Assembly (NCBI GenBank): GCA_045837725.1
Contig: JBEWZL010000257.1
Location: forward strand, 1-64,000
Length of the DNA stretch: 64,000 nucleotides
Source: Vermamoeba vermiformis
Lineage: Eukaryota
Reading direction: 5' to 3'
The translations under genes and the position numbers were made by a program. The notes under the pieces were generated by a model, which saw only the letters and a program-made list of their open reading frames with translations, did not search any database and was not told the DNA's origin. Each line of letters begins with the position of its first letter. Positions within the stretch are counted from its first letter, which is position 1. Positions 63,269 to 64,000 of this stretch are shown here, one piece after another.

Positions 63269-64000
63269 ATCTTGCAAATATGCTAATTTCTCGCCTAGTA
63301 ATTGCCATTAAAATTCAAGAACGTGACCAGATACAGTTGACAATTTATAAAAAAACAATAAAAAATTTAAAACAAAAGCCAATAATTATATTGCTCGTGC
63401 AAATTTTTCGCATATCAACGACAGTAATTTTAGTATAATTATTTCTACGAACCTTGCTTTGCTGGCGGATTTCTTTTCAGACCTTCTCGAATAATCAGAT
63501 CTATTTGCTTCTGGCGCGTTAAAATAGTCGCAACGCCCATAATATTAATATTATCTACATTATGTACAACTGTTCTTCTTCTGATTGTCGGAAATAACGA
63601 CGGAGATCGCGCCAATGATCCGTTCTTTTGGATTTTGCTTACAAATGAGTTCACGCCACGAAAGACAGCTGTTTTGTTCATTGCAAATACCACGACAATA
63701 CTGACATAAATATTGTTGCTGAAATCATTGTGGTCACGCAGTCATGACGCACAAAAAATGGATGTTATCGCGCGACCTTTTTCAACGAGGGTAAAGGAGA
63801 GTTAATTATCTCTTATAAGTCAAATCAAAAGTACAACAGGTAAAGGTACTGCAAGTTCTACCACTGCTAGAGGTTTAAATCAGTTTCCATCAGGGTGATC
63901 TCCAATCAGTTATGCTCGATCTGAGTAACCGATTTATCGAAACACAATTTTTTAATGTTGTCGTTAACTCCTTTAAAGACATACTCATGCCCATACTCAA

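Noticed and set aside
63445..64000. Possible gene at the right window edge
   Set aside because: No recognisable motif or consistent exon chain could be built.

Overview
AT-rich, gene-dense eukaryotic DNA with many short (~45-150 bp) spliceosomal introns (GTACGT/GTAAGT donors, CTAAY branch points). Gene content suggests an amoebozoan-type protist (inference). Left end: a ~6.4 kb CACTA/CMC (Plavaka-like) DNA transposon (1-6431) with imperfect TIRs, carrying an intron-rich transposase (-) and a divergently transcribed unknown ORF2 (+). Next, a Ty3/Gypsy LTR retrotransposon (7525-13983; identical 174-bp LTRs, 4-bp CTGA TSD) sits inside a formerly 51-bp intron of an F-box-like gene, and its integrase carries an in-frame deletion of the second catalytic Asp region. 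The rest holds host genes: GPI-EtNP-transferase-like, a Ras-fold pseudoGTPase, an EGF/TM protein, an atypical Rho, an SDR, an intronless bacterial-looking GPI-anchored beta-helix protein, a triple L-type lectin gene plus relic copies (one hit by a 715-bp MITE), a C2H2 membrane protein, PPR, Mug135-like, MFS, 14-3-3, CBS, MMACHC, LRR-ARM-patatin, WD40/BC-box, F-box, two tandem Kelch-TM-tyrosine-kinase-like receptors plus a kinase fragment, and a RasGEF. No rRNA, tRNA or CRISPR was recognised. Multi-exon models were spliced by eye and CDS spans include introns.
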